Shown here one piece after another: positions 61,701 through 64,000 of a stretch of DNA of 64,000 nucleotides. Origin of the DNA: Marsupella aquatica (Eukaryota; Plantae; Marchantiophyta). Both the position numbers and the translations under genes were made by a program. The notes under the pieces were generated by a model. It did not search any database, was not told the origin of the DNA, and worked only from the letters and a program-made list of their open reading frames with translations. The stretch is from NCBI GenBank assembly GCA_973895155.1, contig OZ316898.1:374751-438750 (forward strand). The letters run 5' to 3'. The stretch's first letter is position 1; every line of letters begins with the position of its first letter.

Positions 61701-64000
61701 CAAGCTCCCTCTAAAGTTCCACCTTTTTGCATCCGATTGAGAATGTCAACTCCAGAACCGGGACCTTTGGTACTCATCTTGAATACATGCGCTCGAATGG
61801 ACTTGCCAGCCTGGCCAGGGAACAGGAAACACTGTACAAATGGAAATTTCATGCGCATTTGCATGTCACGAAGTGAATCCAACTCACCTTTCTTGGGATT
61901 CCCAATTTTAATGCTCCGGAAAATTGCATGGAATTTTGCCGGTGAGGACACAACTTTCATCAAGTTCCACAATTCCACCTCCTCTTCTTTTGAAAGATCG
62001 TGACATGCCTCAGGGTGGAGAAGAGATATCAATGTACCTATTGAAATATTCTTCACACGGGAAGGAGTTGCCAAGGGATGAGCTGACTGAACTTCTTGAA
62101 TAACATCTTCCGCCTTTTTTTTTGCAACTCGACACTTCCCCATTCGGATCGGATGATCATGAACTCCCATATGCACTGCGAGTCTAGACATGTGTTTTGA
62201 GACATGAGAGTCCAAAGTTGGCTTTGCATAAACATAAAACATCATTGCTGGACAAGGCCGGACACAATAAGGTCTCTTGTCACAAAAGCCACAAACCAAA
62301 CCTCCTTCCGCAACCAGATTTCCCGGCTGGAAGACATCGGTCATTAGTGATCTTCCAGGAAATGTTGCTTCATTCCTCATTCCTGTCTCCTTGAACCTTG
62401 AACAATTCAAATTTTGGCACTGCACAACACCACTGCAACGGACCTTGAAAACAGACCAGTGATTACGTGGCTTTAGGTTAGCCGAAGTAGTGACCAAGCG
62501 GGTCCAAGGGTAGCCATCATTGTCGCGGTCCATGTCAAGAAGCCCTTGACCGCGACCAAATCTTGACTCCACTGGAGGAAGCTCATATACCTTGTCTCCA
62601 TTGTAACTTGTTGGAAGACGATCAACATGGACATCAACCCACGAGACATCTCTTCTAAATCTTGCTAGCTCACTTGCCCCAGTAATGCTCAAAAATGCTT
62701 CAAGCACACCAATTCTGTAGACTTTCTGCAAAAGATGACATCCCGGAGCACTTGGAAGAGCAGTATCTACTTCCAATTTTGTAGAACAACTTCCAAAAAC
62801 AGAATTGGTACCCTCAAGAGTTGTAAACTCAAAACTAGAGGCCTGGACATTTGTTTCTCTCCCCGGGGGAGAGTCCAGGTCTACAAGCACTTTTCCTTGA
62901 GGGTTCTGGAAAGGCTCTGGAAACTCATCTTTGCCTGATATAACCTCCACCACATCTCCGGAAGCAACCTCCCAAACTCTTTCACCACTTAGTAGAGTTC
63001 CTGAAATTAATTCGTCCTTCCTTGATCCATGAAGTGAAACAAGAAAGAACAATCTCGAAATGAAATCACAGTTATTGAGCCCAAATCTTGTCAAAAGAAA
63101 GGCCTCGGCCACATTAGTGATCTTTCTCACAGATGAAAGAGTAACAATGTCTCCAGTGCTCCGACACCAGAAGATGATGCTCGGAGCCCTCGGGGGGTTG
63201 ACTATCAAAAAATTTTGGAACCACGTGCGATCCAAAATAGGTATTTTTGATATAAATTAACTAAATTTTTAAAAAGCGTAGGAGGCAAAAGAAGGTATTA
63301 TAAACTCATGTTTACAAAATATTCTCTAATATATACCTTTTATAAAGTAAGATAGGTTATTAGTATTAAAAATGGAGAATATTCTTGGGATATTTTCTTT
63401 ATAAAATAGGTCTATTTATATTAGGCTAGGATCGCACATGGTACCCCAAAATATACACTTAGTTAACCCCCCGAGTCGGAGCCATAAAATGAGGACCAAG
63501 ACAAGAACCCAAATATCACAAACATCATGGATGAATATATAGAATAATATGAAGACATTAAAGTTTAGAATAAAATGGAACATCACTTTAACATTGCATA
63601 TACGACAAAACTTCAACGGCTCTAATACCTTCAAGAAATGAATTATTGCTAGCGATATCGCTGGCCTAAATTTGCTATCATAAAGGTCTCCATATAATCC
63701 AAAGTTATATCTTGTAATCGTCCAAAACATTGACTGTTTTCTGTTGACAACAAGGATATCTTGGGTTTTTCTAGGATGTTTACTGAGCTTGGAGTACATT
63801 AGGAGGATTATTGAACTTGGAGCTTTGTGTTAAACAACGGTTTTTGCTAGCGACCTCGCTAGACATAAATTAGGAAATTTTTCTGTTTTTAAGATGGACT
63901 CTATTCTTAAACCAACTATATTTTAGTGATTCTATAATATGATTTTCACTCACAAATTGACATTAACAGGGGAGAGGATTCGGAGATGTCCCATAAATTA
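58750..64000 (-). mobile_element. MULE-like DNA transposon inserted in copia C; the far end is probably beyond the window
   Basis: Copia homology stops abruptly at ~58749; transposase-like ORFs follow; GCTAGCGA motifs recur at both sides. Confidence 0.7.
59456..63235 (-). pseudogene. MULE-type DDE transposase with a GCM-like zinc finger and C-terminal SWIM domain, frameshifted in its 3' part
   Basis: CSGVVQC..C..CGFC..PC..GVHDHP; WVSFDMMH, GFMADNA, AFHFLQSL; intron 61037-61156 joins to GAESIH; SWIM CSCEDF..CKHI. Confidence 0.75.

Overview
Repeat-rich nuclear DNA from a plant. The spliceosomal introns and TE families suggest a non-seed land plant such as a bryophyte (inference). There is one intact host gene, the 5-exon ESCRT-III subunit VPS2/CHMP2A (minus, 6778-8840). 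The rest is a nest of transposons: three Tork/Tnt1-like Ty1/copia relics, a Bianca-like copia fragment, a Helitron (PIF1 helicase) remnant, two complete CACTA elements with TIRs and 3-bp TSDs (12141-39805 and 40585-51093), a Ty3/gypsy element nested in the first CACTA, two MITE-like inserts, and a MULE-like transposon with a GCM-type zinc finger and SWIM domain. The standout signal is that three of these TEs carry chromatin-modifying or chromatin-reading modules. (1) The gypsy polyprotein has a complete DNMT3-like C5-cytosine methyltransferase between protease and RT, plus a C-terminal PHD finger on integrase. (2) CACTA-1 carries a compact EDM2-like triple-PHD gene and a tandem-BRCT gene upstream of its transposase. 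(3) CACTA-2 carries a SET-domain gene upstream of its transposase. All these copies are mildly decayed, mostly by in-frame TAG stops. Domain calls come from motif recognition by eye; no searches were run.
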